Source: an uncultured Acidimicrobiales bacterium | GTDB taxonomy: Bacteria; Actinomycetota; Acidimicrobiia; Acidimicrobiales; DATKAS01 | Direction: 5' to 3' | Assembly: GCA_963773315.1 (NCBI GenBank) | Contig: CAVZAF010000002.1 | Coordinates: 411,410 to 475,409, forward strand | Length of the DNA stretch: 64,000 bases | Part shown: piece after piece, positions 22,708-31,799 of the stretch | How positions within the stretch are numbered: position 1 is the stretch's first letter | How the letters are laid out: the number at the start of each line of letters is the position of its first letter | Notes under the pieces: model-generated | Database searches by the model: none | What the model was told of the DNA's origin: nothing | Seen by the model: the letters and a program-made list of their open reading frames with translations, nothing else | Position numbers and translations under genes: made by a program

Positions 22708-23125
22708 AGTCCCCCTGCTGATGTCAAGGGGTTGATTCGCCTCTCCCGCGGGTGCAAAGTCGGAAGTACTCCCTCTGTGGGGGAGGTCCGATCCCGTCGA
22801 GCACACGGGAGGTTGAGATGCCTTCATCCACCCCTGAGGCGGAGGAAGCTCCGCCCGACTGAGCACGCGCGGAGAAGGGCACGGCAGCCAGGAAGGTCGC
22901 TCGCCGAACGCCCCGCCCGCTGGTCGTCGCCACGCACGGACGTGCCGCTACACCTGACCGGCTTCGAGCCGGCTGCGCCGCATGCATCCCACGCTGTGCC
23001 CGTCGACCGCGGCTCCGCTTCTTCGGCCGAGGAGCGGGGGGCCGCTTCTCGGAACACCATCCCTGTTCGCCCGGCGTCGGCCTTCCCGAGGACGCCGGGA
23101 CGTGTCGCGCAATAGGGTGATCGAC
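22708..23125 (+). other. 418-bp non-coding, hairpin-rich region (candidate leader or unassigned structured RNA)
   Basis: No credible ORF is present. GC-rich hairpins lie at 22838-22855 (7 bp, loop GAAG), 22958-22972, 23015-23037 (UUCG-containing loop) and 23070-23099 (9 bp). There is also a 14-codon micro-ORF with a GGGAGG Shine-Dalgarno at 22818-22862. Confidence 0.3.
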
Positions 23126-23515
23126 ATGCCGACGCTCTCCTTCGAAGGCGAGACGCACCAAGAGATCGTGAGCAAGGTCAAGAAGTGGCTGGCCTCCCAA
23201 GCCAGTGACGAACGTTTGTCGGCGACAGACGCGGTCACCGCGACGGCTGACATCACAAAGGAGGCACTCCGCGTGATCGCGGCTGCGGCACCGGAGCCGA
23301 TCGCGCAGAACGAGTTGGTGAAGGCGCTGACCGGCATGGGCTACAAGGCCACCGACGCGACCCGCGACGCGATGATCCAGTCGCTGAACGCGCTGTCCAC
23401 GGTGACCGGCGGGGGCTTGCTGAAGCCGGTGAGCGACGCGCAGGCCGCGGCCATGTGGGAGATGAACCAGCAGGTCGCGAAGCAGGTGCTCAAGGGGCTC
23501 AGCCGAAAGCGCTGA
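23126..23515 (+). CDS. Hypothetical protein (129 aa, helical-looking)
   Basis: The ATG at 23126 is preceded by AGGGTG. The translation is MPTLSFEGETHQEIVSKVKKWLASQ...QVAKQVLKGLSRKR. I recognise no family. Confidence 0.65.
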   Translation: MPTLSFEGETHQEIVSKVKKWLASQASDERLSATDAVTATADITKEALRVIAAAAPEPIAQNELVKALTGMGYKATDATRDAMIQSLNALSTVTGGGLLKPVSDAQAAAMWEMNQQVAKQVLKGLSRKR

Positions 23516-23607
23516 AGGCGCTGGGCGTCGCGTGCTGAGGGGTGCTCTGACCGCCCATTTTGCGGCGGTACGCTGCCTCCTTCCCCCCAACGGCACGAGG
23601 AGGCAGC

Positions 23608-24773
23608 GTGGCTGAGGTGGAGATCGGCCTGGGAAAGTCAGGCCGCCGCGCGTACGGGTTCGACGACATCGCAATCGTGCCGAGTCGGCGCACGCGCGAT
23701 CCCGAGGATGTCGACATCTCGTGGGAGATCGACGCCTTCCGCTTCGAGCTGCCGCTGATGGGTGCCGCGATGGACGGTGTGATCTCGCCGCACACCGCGA
23801 TCGAGATCGGCCGGCTCGGCGGTGTGGGCGTGCTCAACCTCGAGGGCTTGTGGACGCGATACGAAGATCCGGAGCCGCTCTTCGCCGAGATCGCAGAGCT
23901 CGGTGCCGAGAAGGCGACGTTGCGCATGCAAGACATCTACAGCGAGCCGATCAAGCCCGAGCTGGTGTCGGCCCGCATCCGTCAGATCCGTGATGCCGGC
24001 GTCGTGTCGTGCCGCGAGCGTCACACCCCAGCGCACCGAGAAGCTCGCGGCAGCGATCATCGCGGCCGAGCTCGACCTTCTCGTGATCCAAGGCACGGTC
24101 GTGTCGGCCGAGCACGTCTCGAAGACGGTCGAGCCCCTGAACCTGAAGCGCTTCGTGCGTGAGCTCGACATCCCGGTGATCGTGGGCGGGTGCGCGTCGT
24201 ACCAAGCCGCGTTGCACCTCATGCGCACGGGCGCTGCCGGCGTTCTGGTCGGGGTCGGGCCGGGGCACGCCTGCACCACACGTGGCGTGCTCGGCATCGG
24301 CGTGCCGCAGGCGACCGCGATCGCCGACGCGCGCGGCCGCGCGCATGCGCCACCTCGACGAGACCGGCGTGTACGTGCAGGTCATCGCCGACGGCGGGAT
24401 GGCGACGGGCGGCGACATCGCGAAGGCGATCGTCTGTGGCGCCGACGCAGTGATGATCGGCTCACCGCTCGCCGCAGCCGCCGAGGCGCCCGGCCGCGGC
24501 TACCACTGGGGCATGGCGACGTTCCATCCGACGCTGCCGCGGGGCGCACGAGTGAAGACGTCCACGCGCGGCACGCTCAAGGAGATCCTCGTCGGCCCCG
24601 CGCACGAGAACGACGGACGGATGAACCTCTTCGGCGCCCTGCGCACCTCGATGGCCACCTGCGGCTACGAGACGGTGAAGGAGTTCCAGAAGGCCGAAGT
24701 GATGGTCGCACCTGCACTGCAGACCGAAGGCAAGTCGCTGCAGAAGTCGCAGGGCATCGGCATGGGCGCGTAA
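23608..24773 (+). CDS. guaB3: GuaB3-type IMP dehydrogenase-related protein (two apparent 1-nt insertions, about 24010 and about 24335)
   Basis: GAGGAGG lies before the GTG at 23608. The translation is EIGLGKSGRRAYGFDDIAIVPSRRTRDPEDV...VIQGTVVSAEHV...VGGCASYQAALHLMRTGAAGVLVGVGPG...VIADGGMATGGDIAKAIVCGADAVM, spread over three frames. Confidence 0.85.
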
Positions 24774-24782
24774 GCAACACCC

Positions 24783-26330
24783 ATGACGACGCCCGAGTCG
24801 TTCGACACCATCCTCGTCGTCGACTTCGGCGCGCAGTACGCCCAGCTGATCGCGAGGCGCGTGCGCGAGGCGCACGTCTACTCCGAGATCGTGCCCCACA
24901 CGATCACCGCGGCCGAGATCGCGGCACGGCGGCCCGCGGGCCTCATCTTCTCGGGTGGTCCCGCGTCGGTCCACGTCGAGGGCGCGCCTCGCATCGACCC
25001 CGGCGTGTACGAGCTCGGCGTCCCGGTGTTCGGCATCTGCTACGGCGCCCAGCTCGTGGCCCTCCAGCTCGGCGGGGAGGTCGCGCGCACCGGACGCGGT
25101 GAGTACGGCCGCACGCCGCTCGCCGCGATCGGCGCGTCAGTGATCCTGGGGGAGGGCGCACCGCCAGAGGACACCGTGTGGATGTCCCACTTCGACACGA
25201 TCACGCGGGCCCCCGAGGGCTTTCACGTCGCGGCGAGCACTCCCGACACTCCGGTCGCGGTGCTCGAGCACGATGGCCGTCGGATCTACGGCGTCCAGTT
25301 CCACCCAGAGGTCGGGCACACGCCGCGCGGCCAGGACATGCTCAAGCACTTCTTGTACGCGGTGTGCGAGTGCCGCCCGACCTGGACGATGGCTTCGATC
25401 ATCGAGACGTCGGTCGACGCGATCCGTGCGCAAGTGGGCGGCGAGCGCGTGATCTGCGCACTCTCGGGCGGAGTCGACTCGTCCGTTGCTGCCTCGTTGG
25501 TGCACAAGGCGGTGGGTCACCAGCTCACTTGCGTGTACGTCGACACCGGTCTCATGCGATCGGGCGAAAGCGAGCAGGTCGTCGACACGTTCCACCGTCA
25601 CCAGGGCATCGAGCTCGTGCACGTGAAGGCGGCCGACCGGTTCTTCGAGGGGCTCGCGGGCGTCACCGATCCCGAGAACAAGCGCAAGGTGATCGGTGAG
25701 CTCTTCATCCGTGTGTTCGAGGAAGCCGCGGGCGGGCTCTCTGACGCGCGCTTCCTCGTGCAAGGCACCCTGTATCCGGACGTGATCGAGTCGGGCACGA
25801 AGGACGCGGCTCGCATCAAGAGCCACCACAACGTCGGCGGCCTTCCCGACGACATGGACTTCGAGCTGGTCGAGCCGCTGCGCAACCTGTTCAAGGACGA
25901 GGTGCGTCGAGTCGGCGAGCAGCTCGGCCTCCCCGAGGAGATCGTGTGGCGGCAGCCGTTCCCAGGGCCTGGGCTCGGAGTGCGCATCATCGGCGAGGTC
26001 ACCCGCGACAAGGTCGAGACGCTGCAGCACGCCGACGCGATCGTGCGCGAGGAGGTGCGCCGCGCGGGGCTCGAGCGCGAGCTCTGGCAGGCGTTCGCGG
26101 TGCTCGCCGACATCCGCACCGTCGGGGTGATGGGCGACGAGCGCACGTACGCGCATCCGATCATCGTGCGGGCGGTGACGAGCGACGACGCGATGACCGC
26201 GGACTGGGCTCGTCTGCCGTACGACCTGCTCGAGCGATTCTCGAGTCGGATCATCAACGAGGTACCGGGCGTGAACCGGGTCGCGTACGACATCACGTCG
26301 AAGCCGCCCGGCACGATCGAGTGGGAGTGA
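24783..26330 (+). CDS. guaA: GMP synthase (glutamine-hydrolysing)
   Basis: 515-aa intact ORF with [19 protein letters not shown], and the C-terminal [11 protein letters not shown]. Confidence 0.97.
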   Translation: MTTPESFDTILVVDFGAQYAQLIARRVREAHVYSEIVPHTITAAEIAARRPAGLIFSGGPASVHVEGAPRIDPGVYELGVPVFGICYGAQLVALQLGGEVARTGRGEYGRTPLAAIGASVILGEGAPPEDTVWMSHFDTITRAPEGFHVAASTPDTPVAVLEHDGRRIYGVQFHPEVGHTPRGQDMLKHFLYAVCECRPTWTMASIIETSVDAIRAQVGGERVICALSGGVDSSVAASLVHKAVGHQLTCVYVDTGLMRSGESEQVVDTFHRHQGIELVHVKAADRFFEGLAGVTDPENKRKVIGELFIRVFEEAAGGLSDARFLVQGTLYPDVIESGTKDAARIKSHHNVGGLPDDMDFELVEPLRNLFKDEVRRVGEQLGLPEEIVWRQPFPGPGLGVRIIGEVTRDKVETLQHADAIVREEVRRAGLERELWQAFAVLADIRTVGVMGDERTYAHPIIVRAVTSDDAMTADWARLPYDLLERFSSRIINEVPGVNRVAYDITSKPPGTIEWE

Positions 26331-27365
26331 GCTCGGCCGTCCGGCTGGTCGACCGTCGTCCTCATCTGACCGGAACGGATCTGCTGTCGCGGCTCGTCCC
26401 TCCTCGTCGTTTCGCATCGGCTCGGTTCGCGACGTACCTGCCCGATGCCGCTCACCCTTCTCAAGCCGCGGCGCGTGCGGAGATGGAGCGGTTCACGACG
26501 GCGCTGAAGCCGGCGCCCACCACGAAGCGGTGGCGACGGTCGAGCGCGGCCGCGAGCACGAGCGCCGCGGCTCGCTACCTCGACGGCGGCTACGGCGTCG
26601 GCAAGACCCACTTGCTTGCGGCAGCGTGGCACGAAGCCCCCGCCCCCAAGGCGTACCTGACGTTCGCCGAGCTGGCCGGCATCATCGGCTTCCTCGGCAT
26701 GGACCAGGCGATCCACGCGTTCTCGCCTCACCGGCTGCTCTGCATCGACGAGTTCGAGCTCGACGACATCGCCCAGACGTTGATGACGGTCACCTTCCTT
26801 CGCGCGGTCATCGGGCAGGGAGTGAAGGTCGTTGCCACGTCGAACTCGCTGCCCGATCGACTCGGGGAGGGGCGGTTCGCGGCGGATGACTTCACGCGTG
26901 AGATCGCCGCGATCGCCTCGCATTTCGAGGTCGTGCGCATCGACGGACCGGACTACCGGGCCAAGGCGCGGGTCGAGGCCGATCCGTTCAGCGCTGAGGA
27001 GGTCGACAGGGTGCTTGCGAACGCTCGTGGACGGAGGCGCCGCCGCGAGTGACGATGAGTTCGACGCCCTCGTCGCCCACCTGCGTGTGGTGCCTCCTGT
27101 GCAAGTCGCCGCGGCGCTCGAAGGCCTCGACGCGGTCGTGATCCGTGGGCTCGCACCGCTCGACAACCAGGGCGCGGCTTTGCTGTTCGTCCACCTGATC
27201 GACGAGATCTACGACTCGGGCCTCACGTTTGTCGCGTCCGGATGTGCAGTCACCGACGTCTTCCCTGCGTCGTACCGACGGGGCGGGTACCGCAAGAAGT
27301 ACGGGCGGTGTGAAAGCCGGCTGGCGGCGTTGCTAGGGGAGGCGCGCGTCGCCGCGGGATCCTGA
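26327..27365 (+). CDS. zapE: Cell division protein ZapE / AFG1-like ATPase (one apparent frameshift about 27026)
   Basis: It has Walker A ([18 protein letters not shown]) and Walker B ([11 protein letters not shown]). The C-terminus continues in another frame ([11 protein letters not shown]...[13 protein letters not shown]). Confidence 0.8.
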
Positions 27366-27896
27366 GGCGGGACCAGTGGCCCGCTCGTGCATCGCGACGA
27401 AGAGCGCCCAGGGCTCGCCATCGTCCGCGCGAGGCCACGACGCCGCCTCTTCGATGAGGGCTTCGAGTCGGGCTTCGAGCTCGACCCGCTGCTCTGGCGT
27501 CAGTCGAAGCGCGAGGCGGCTGGCTTTGCGCGTCTCGACCGGTGACTCGAGGAGTTCGGCACGAAGGGCGTCGACCATGGCGCTGGTGACATCGGGATCG
27601 GGCTCACCGACGTCGAGCGTCCACGACTTCCCCGTCGATCGGTAGGGAACCTCGGCGGCGCCCCTCGCGCCGCGCCGAGGGTCCTCGGGAGCGACGAAGC
27701 CGGTCGCGACCAGCATCCGAAGGTGATAGAGCGTGGTGCCGGGGTTGCGGCCGAGCCGGTCGGCCAGCTCTTTGTTGGTGAGCGCGTCGTCGAACGTCAG
27801 CCGGATGATGCGGAGCCGATCGGGGTGGGCGAGGGCCTTGGCTTCCTGGGGAGTCGCCTGCCGCCGGGCCGATTTGTCCCGTGACGGCTGACTCAT
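27333..27896 (-). CDS. ArsR-family winged-helix transcriptional regulator
   Basis: The translation is ALAHPDRLRIIRLTFDDALTNKELADRLGRNPGTTLYHLRMLVATGFV. It is divergent from the MFS transporter gene. Confidence 0.8.
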   Translation of the reverse strand: MSQPSRDKSARRQATPQEAKALAHPDRLRIIRLTFDDALTNKELADRLGRNPGTTLYHLRMLVATGFVAPEDPRRGARGAAEVPYRSTGKSWTLDVGEPDPDVTSAMVDALRAELLESPVETRKASRLALRLTPEQRVELEARLEALIEEAASWPRADDGEPWALFVAMHERATGPASGSRGDARLP

Positions 27897-27911
27897 TGAC
27901 TTCTCTCAATC
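27893..27911. promoter_or_regulatory. Imperfect inverted repeat in the ArsR-MFS divergent intergenic region (possible operator)
   Basis: The repeat is tcattga-N5-tcaatca (6 of 7 positions complementary). It overlaps the ArsR-family start codon. This is a pattern match only. Confidence 0.2.
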
Positions 27912-27930
27912 ACTTCGGTAACCATACCGG

Positions 27931-29236
27931 GTGCCCGAGCAGCAGGAGCAAGCTGCGCCGTCTGAGCAGACCTCCGTTCTCAAGAACCGGGACTTCGTCC
28001 TGTTGTGGACTGGCCAGACGGTCAGCGAGGTCGGTAGCTCGGTCACCCAGCTGGCCATCCCGCTCCTCGCGGTCATCACCCTCGACGCGACGACGTTCGA
28101 AGTCGGCGCGCTCGCCGCGTGCACGCAGCTCGCCTTCCTGCTGATCGCGCTGCCCGCCGGCGCGTGGGTCGACCGGTGGCGCCGCCGGCCCGTGCTCATC
28201 TGGGCGGACATCGGGCGCATGGCGATCATCGGCTCGATCCCGATCGCCGACGCGTTCGGCGTGCTCTACCTGCCGCAGCTCTTCGTCGTCGCGATCGTCG
28301 CTGGCGTGCTCACCGTCTTCTTCGACGTCGCGTACCAGAGCTATCTGCCGGTGCTCGTCGAGCCCGAGCACCTCGTCGATGCGAACGGGAAGCTCGGTGC
28401 GAGCCAGGCGTTCGGGCAGGTTGCTGGTCCGAGCTTCGGCGGCGCCCTCGTCGGCGCGTTCGGTGCCGGGTACGCGGTCGTGGTCGACGCGGTCGAGCTT
28501 CCTCGTGTCGGCGGTGACGACGATCGGGATCCGCAAGCACGAGCCGGCTCCCGACGCTCGACATCCCGATGTCCGATTGCGGGACGAGATCAAGGAAGGG
28601 CTCGCGTTCGTCTTCCACCACCCGATCCTGCGCAAGGTCGTCGGCTGCACCTCGACGAGCAACTTCTTCAGCGCGGCGACCTTTGCGGTCATCACCGTCT
28701 TCCTCGTGCGCACGCTCGACTCCCCGACATGGGTGATCGGCGTCGTGTTCAGCGTGGGCAGCCTCGGCGGCCTCATCGGCGGGTTGCTGGCGGGGCGCAT
28801 CGGCAACGCGGTCGGCACCGCTCGCATCATCTGGCTGAGTCAGGTGGTGGCCGGTCCCTTCGGCCTCCTCGCCGTGATCGCCTTCCCACGCTGGGGCCTG
28901 ACCCTCGTCGCCATCAGCATCCTCGCCACGAGCATCGGCAGCGTCGTCTACAACACCGCGCAGGTCTCGTACCGGCAGAGCATCTGCCCACCTGCACTGC
29001 TCGGGCGCATGAACGCGTCAGTGCGCTTCGTGGTCTGGGGGACCATGCCCCTCGGCGCCCTCTTCGGAGGCATCATGGGCTCGATCATCGGGGTGCGCGA
29101 GACCATGCTCATCGGTGCCTTGGGCGCCTGGGCGGCCTGCCTCTGGGTGGTCTTCTCGCCCCTGCTCCACATGCGTGACCTGCCCACACTCGAGGACGAG
29201 CTGGGCAATTCGGACCTTTTCGCAACGCGTTCGTAA
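27931..29236 (+). CDS. MFS transporter (EntS/MFS_3-like), one apparent 1-nt insertion at about 28495
   Basis: The translation is NRDFVLLWTGQTVSEVGSSVTQLAIPLLAV...WVDRWRRRPVLI. TM-rich sequence continues in a second frame to 29236. Confidence 0.85.
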
Positions 29237-29271
29237 CCTCGAATTGGCCCCTCTGCTAGGGTCTGTTCTCC

Positions 29272-30378
29272 ATGAGCCCGGTCACTGACCGAGCCCCCCA
29301 CCGCAAGCGGAGGCGGGTCTCTCGTGCCGTTGTGGCGGCGGTGGTCTTCGGACTTCTGACCCCGCTGGTAGTCGCCTCGCCCGCCTCGGCCGACAAGATC
29401 GGCGACATGCGCAAGCAGGCGGCGCGCATGGCCGACCAGCTCGATGCGCTCCAGAACCGAGCCGACGACCTGAGCGAGAACTACGCCGAGGCGGTCTACG
29501 AGCTCCAGCAGCTCGACCAGCAAGTGGCCCAAGCCCAGTCCCAGCTCGATGCCGCAGACGCCGCGCTTGGCTCCACCCGCACACGCATGCGCGACTACGC
29601 GGTCAACGCCTACGTGCAGTTCGATCAGGCGAGCGAGCTGATGGTGTTCCTCGGCAGCACGCCCGAGAACACCGAAGCCCGCATCGGGTACGCCGATGTG
29701 GCCGTCGGCAAGGATCGAGCGCTCGCCGACACGTTCCGCTCAGCGAGCGAGGACGCGTCGTTCGCCCGGGCCGATCTGCAGTCGCAGCGCGAGAAGCAGA
29801 GTCAGCTGCAGGCACAGGTGAGCTCGGCGAAGAAGTCTGCCGAGCAAGCGGTGTCCGCGCAGCAGCGGGCGCTCTCGAAGGTGCAGGGCCAGCTCGCCAC
29901 ATTGGTGAAGCAGGAGCAGGCGCGCCGGGCCGCCGAGGCGGCGCGGGCCGCTCGAGCCCGCCAGCAGCAGAGCCGGTCGGGCCGCGTGTCGTCCTCGACC
30001 GCCGGTCGCAACGTGCCGGCGCCGTCAGCCGGTGTGTTGGGTGCGATCGCAGCCGCCCGCAGCCAGCTCGGTGTCCCCTATCGGTGGGCGAACGCGTCGC
30101 CGGGCGTGGGCTTCGACTGCTCCGGCCTCACGTCGTGGGCGTGGAGTCGCGCCGGCCGCTCCCTGCCTCACTCGTCACGGGCGCAGTACGCATCGCTCCC
30201 GCACGTGCCGCTCGACCAGCTGCAGCCCGGCGACCTCGTCTTCTTCGGCGGTCGGAGCGTGAACCACGTCGGCCTCTACATCGGCGGCGGGATGATGATC
30301 CATGCGCCGCACACAGGTGCCAATGTCGAAGTGACGACGATCTACCGCGGTGGCTTGATCGGCGCCGCTCGCCCCTGA
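29272..30378 (+). CDS. NlpC/P60 peptidoglycan endopeptidase with N-terminal coiled coil (RipA-like architecture)
   Basis: It has a signal/TM segment and a long Q/A/E-rich coiled coil. The C-terminus reads GVPYRWANASPGVGFDCSGLTSWAW...GDLVFFGGRSVNHVGLYIGGGMMIHAPHTG. Confidence 0.85.
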   Translation: MSPVTDRAPHRKRRRVSRAVVAAVVFGLLTPLVVASPASADKIGDMRKQAARMADQLDALQNRADDLSENYAEAVYELQQLDQQVAQAQSQLDAADAALGSTRTRMRDYAVNAYVQFDQASELMVFLGSTPENTEARIGYADVAVGKDRALADTFRSASEDASFARADLQSQREKQSQLQAQVSSAKKSAEQAVSAQQRALSKVQGQLATLVKQEQARRAAEAARAARARQQQSRSGRVSSSTAGRNVPAPSAGVLGAIAAARSQLGVPYRWANASPGVGFDCSGLTSWAWSRAGRSLPHSSRAQYASLPHVPLDQLQPGDLVFFGGRSVNHVGLYIGGGMMIHAPHTGANVEVTTIYRGGLIGAARP

Positions 30379-30911
30379 CGGGCCCGCTCGCCCACCTCGG
30401 TCCAGAAGTCGATCGTCAGCTGCTCGAAGCGTTGCCCCAGGTCGAGGGTGGCGAGCTCCCACTCACCGGCGTCGTCCTCGATCGCGTCGTTCAGCGCTTC
30501 GTACTCCGCGAGCATCCGCTCATGCACCTCGGTCTGAAGGTCCGCGAGTGCAGCGACCTCGTCCGCCGAAGCTGAGGCCGCGAAGAACAACTTGAGCAAC
30601 CCGAGGTCGCGCACCTCGGTGCCGTCGCCGGTGGGCTCCCCGATCCATTCGCGCAGGGCGGCGCGTCCGGCCGGCGTGATTCGGTACAGCCGGCGTCGGC
30701 GACCGTGCTCTTCCACCTCCTCGTCGAGGAGGCCCGCCGACGCCAGGCGTGCGGGCTCCGCGTACAGCTGGCTGTGCGGGAAGGGCCAGAAGTACCCGAC
30801 TGAGCTCGCGACCATCTGCTTGAGGTCGTACGACGTCACCGGCGATTCGCGAGCTGCGAAGCCGAGGACCACATACGAGACGGGGTTGAGGGAGATGTCG
30901 ACCCCGTTCAT
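30342..30911 (-). CDS. PadR family transcriptional regulator
   Basis: The translation is YVVLGFAARESPVTSYDLKQMVASSVGYFWPFPHSQLYAEPARLASAGLL...RRLYRITPAGRAAL. Confidence 0.85.
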   Translation of the reverse strand: MNGVDISLNPVSYVVLGFAARESPVTSYDLKQMVASSVGYFWPFPHSQLYAEPARLASAGLLDEEVEEHGRRRRLYRITPAGRAALREWIGEPTGDGTEVRDLGLLKLFFAASASADEVAALADLQTEVHERMLAEYEALNDAIEDDAGEWELATLDLGQRFEQLTIDFWTEVGERARQGRAAPIKPPR

Positions 30912-30941
30912 GGTACGAGTCGGACGGTATGGTCACACTCC

Positions 30942-31754
30942 GTGCCTCTCGCCTCGTCCGGCTCGTCGGCCGACCCCTTCGACGGATTCGACCGACTGCC
31001 GTTCACGGCGGAGGGGCGCACGTACCCGCTGTTCCGCATCGGCGCGGGGCCCGGCATCGTCGTGATGACCGAGATGCCCGGCATCAGCCCGAAGGTCGCG
31101 GGCTTCGGGCGGCGACTCGCCGACGAAGGCTTCACCGTGGTGCTTCCGTCGATGTTCGGCACGCCGGGGCGAGAGCCGTCGGTCGGCTACGGCGTGCAGT
31201 CGATGATCCCGGCGTGCGTCGCGAAGGAGTTCGCTGCGCTCGCCACCGACAAGACCGCGCCGGTCACGCTGTGGTTGCGTGCGCTCGCGAAGCAGGTGCA
31301 CACGGAATGCGGCGGCCCCGGAGTCGGCGCTGTCGGCATGTGCTTCACCGGCGGCTTCGCGCTCGGGATGATGCTCGATGAGACGACGGTCGCTCCCGTG
31401 CTGAGCCAGCCGTCGCTCCCGATCGCGGTCTCGAAGTCACGACGAGGTGCGATCGGGCTGTCGCCGGCCGACCTCGCAGCCGTGAAGGCGCGGGCGGCCG
31501 CCGGATGCGACGTGCTCGGCTTGCGGTTCACAGGCGACAAGTTCGTCCCGAAAGAGCGCTTCGAGACGCTTCGACGCGAGCTCGGCGATCGCTTCATCGG
31601 CGTCGAGATCGACTCGTCCGAAGGCAATGCGCACGGAATCCCCAAGAACGCCCACTCGGTTCTGACCGAGCACCTCGTCGACGAGCCCGGGCACCCCACC
31701 CACGATGCGCTGAACCAGGTCATCAGCTTCTTCAAGGACCGTCTGGCGCCCTGA
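30942..31754 (+). CDS. Dienelactone hydrolase family protein
   Basis: 270-aa ORF with GIVVMTEMPGISP...VGAVGMCFTGGFAL...HSVLTEH. It is divergent from the PadR gene. Confidence 0.78.
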   Translation: MPLASSGSSADPFDGFDRLPFTAEGRTYPLFRIGAGPGIVVMTEMPGISPKVAGFGRRLADEGFTVVLPSMFGTPGREPSVGYGVQSMIPACVAKEFAALATDKTAPVTLWLRALAKQVHTECGGPGVGAVGMCFTGGFALGMMLDETTVAPVLSQPSLPIAVSKSRRGAIGLSPADLAAVKARAAAGCDVLGLRFTGDKFVPKERFETLRRELGDRFIGVEIDSSEGNAHGIPKNAHSVLTEHLVDEPGHPTHDALNQVISFFKDRLAP

Positions 31755-31799
31755 GCAGGCCGGGGGGAGTGACCACCCCAGCCGTAAAGTGGAGCGACC

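Noticed and set aside
22958-22972. A ccggc-ttcga-gccgg hairpin resembling a tRNA T-arm.
   Set aside because: The loop is 5 nt rather than 7. There is no matching acceptor stem, D-arm or anticodon arm, and no CCA context.
22700-23125. The structured region considered as RNase P RNA, tmRNA, SRP RNA or a ydaO-type c-di-AMP riboswitch. Superficial matches are GAAGUCC / CCGGCUU (P4-like), GGGGUUGAUUCG (tmRNA 5'-like or GGGGUGAAUC-like) and CCGAUCCCGUCGAGC.
   Set aside because: The universally conserved cores are absent: GAGGAAAGUCC and ACAGAANCCGGCUUA for RNase P, a 7-nt T-loop plus ...CCACCA end for tmRNA, GGAAGCAGCC for SRP, and ACGGGGA plus CAGCUAACC for ydaO. The P4-like halves are not complementary, and the 5' element would overlap the hydrolase stop codon.
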